Of a stretch of 64,000 nucleotides of DNA, positions 63,479 to 64,000 are shown in pieces; the stretch's first letter is position 1, and every line of letters begins with the position of its first letter. The DNA lies in the NCBI GenBank assembly GCA_963665235.2, contig CAXXLX010000001.1, forward strand, positions 3,230,031 to 3,294,030. The letters run 5' to 3'. This DNA is from Candidatus Poribacteria bacterium (GTDB lineage: Bacteria > Poribacteria > WGA-4E > WGA-3G). Below the pieces are notes generated by a model that saw only the letters and a program-made list of their open reading frames with translations, was not told where the DNA came from and ran no database searches. A program made the translations under genes and the position numbers.

Positions 63479-64000
63479 ATGGAAACCCAATTCTCTCAAC
63501 TCAGTCAGCATCTATACGTCCATCACGGGCATATCAACACAGGCATCCTTCGCGATGGCAACCGGGCCCTACTCATAGATGGTAGTGGGACATCCCTTCA
63601 AACCACCCTCACCGAACTCGGTATTGATAGCGTCGAGCAGATTCTATTTACACACCATCATCGTGACAGCACAGCGGGATTTCCGTATCCAGCGGATGTT
63701 CGTATCGGCGTGCCAGCCGCTGAGATAGAGTGGTTTACTGAGGTTGAAACCTTTTGGAACGACCCCAAATATCGATGGCATCTCTACAATTCCCACCCGC
63801 ACAATCTTATGCTTGCAAGTGCTATGCCCGTAACAGACAGATACGTTGAAGGCGCGATTATCGAGTGGGGGCCGGCATCCATAAAAGTCCTTGAAACCCC
63901 CGGACATACCGATGGGAGCGTCACCTATCTCGTCAATGTTGATGAAAAATGTTTCGCTTTTTCAGGCGACCTTATCTACGACGAGGGGAAAATATGGGAG
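63479..64000 (+). CDS. MBL-fold metallo-hydrolase; the 3' end lies outside the window
   Basis: The frame is open from the ATG at 63479 to the window end. It has ILFTHHHRDS (HxHxD) and ETPGHTDGS. It is absent from the ORF track because no stop lies within the window. Confidence 0.75.
   Translation, partial: METQFSQLSQHLYVHHGHINTGILRDGNRALLIDGSGTSLQTTLTELGIDSVEQILFTHHHRDSTAGFPYPADVRIGVPAAEIEWFTEVETFWNDPKYRWHLYNSHPHNLMLASAMPVTDRYVEGAIIEWGPASIKVLETPGHTDGSVTYLVNVDEKCFAFSGDLIYDEGKIWE

Overview
The window is a 64-kb bacterial chromosomal segment. Housekeeping genes include hemA-hemC-cobA/hemD, glcD, dnaG-rpoD, mutS2, three tRNAs, nadE, thrC and recD2. They alternate with many secreted 'eukaryote-like' or carbohydrate-related proteins: LamG, PD40 and WD40 beta-propellers, C-type lectin, beta/gamma-crystallin, a sulfatase-like protein, and Gfo/Idh/MocA plus TIM-barrel pairs. 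This content resembles PVC- or Poribacteria-like genomes, but that is a low-confidence guess. The intergenic space is unusually rich in nested repeats:
- one intact and one decayed IS605-type TnpB element;
- two MITE families with clean target-site duplications;
- a ~31-nt hairpin unit that forms CRISPR-looking mini-arrays;
- GTAG-headed REP-like palindromes, including a 12-copy tandem array;
- a 204-bp perfect tandem duplication over the hemA 5' end.

The strongest coding-level oddities are two:
- A thioredoxin-fold/peroxiredoxin-like lipoprotein whose reading frame is interrupted only by a TGA exactly at the first Cys of the CxxC motif, with a SECIS-like hairpin downstream. It is a candidate selenoprotein and is translationally coupled to a TAT-signal DUF362 protein and a small Cys-tailed lipoprotein.
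- A recurrent C-terminal tag, KLTTTWGxLK, on four secreted proteins of unrelated folds.

I found no rRNA, no bona fide CRISPR-Cas locus, no prophage and no reverse transcriptase. All family assignments come from motif recognition by eye, not from database searches.
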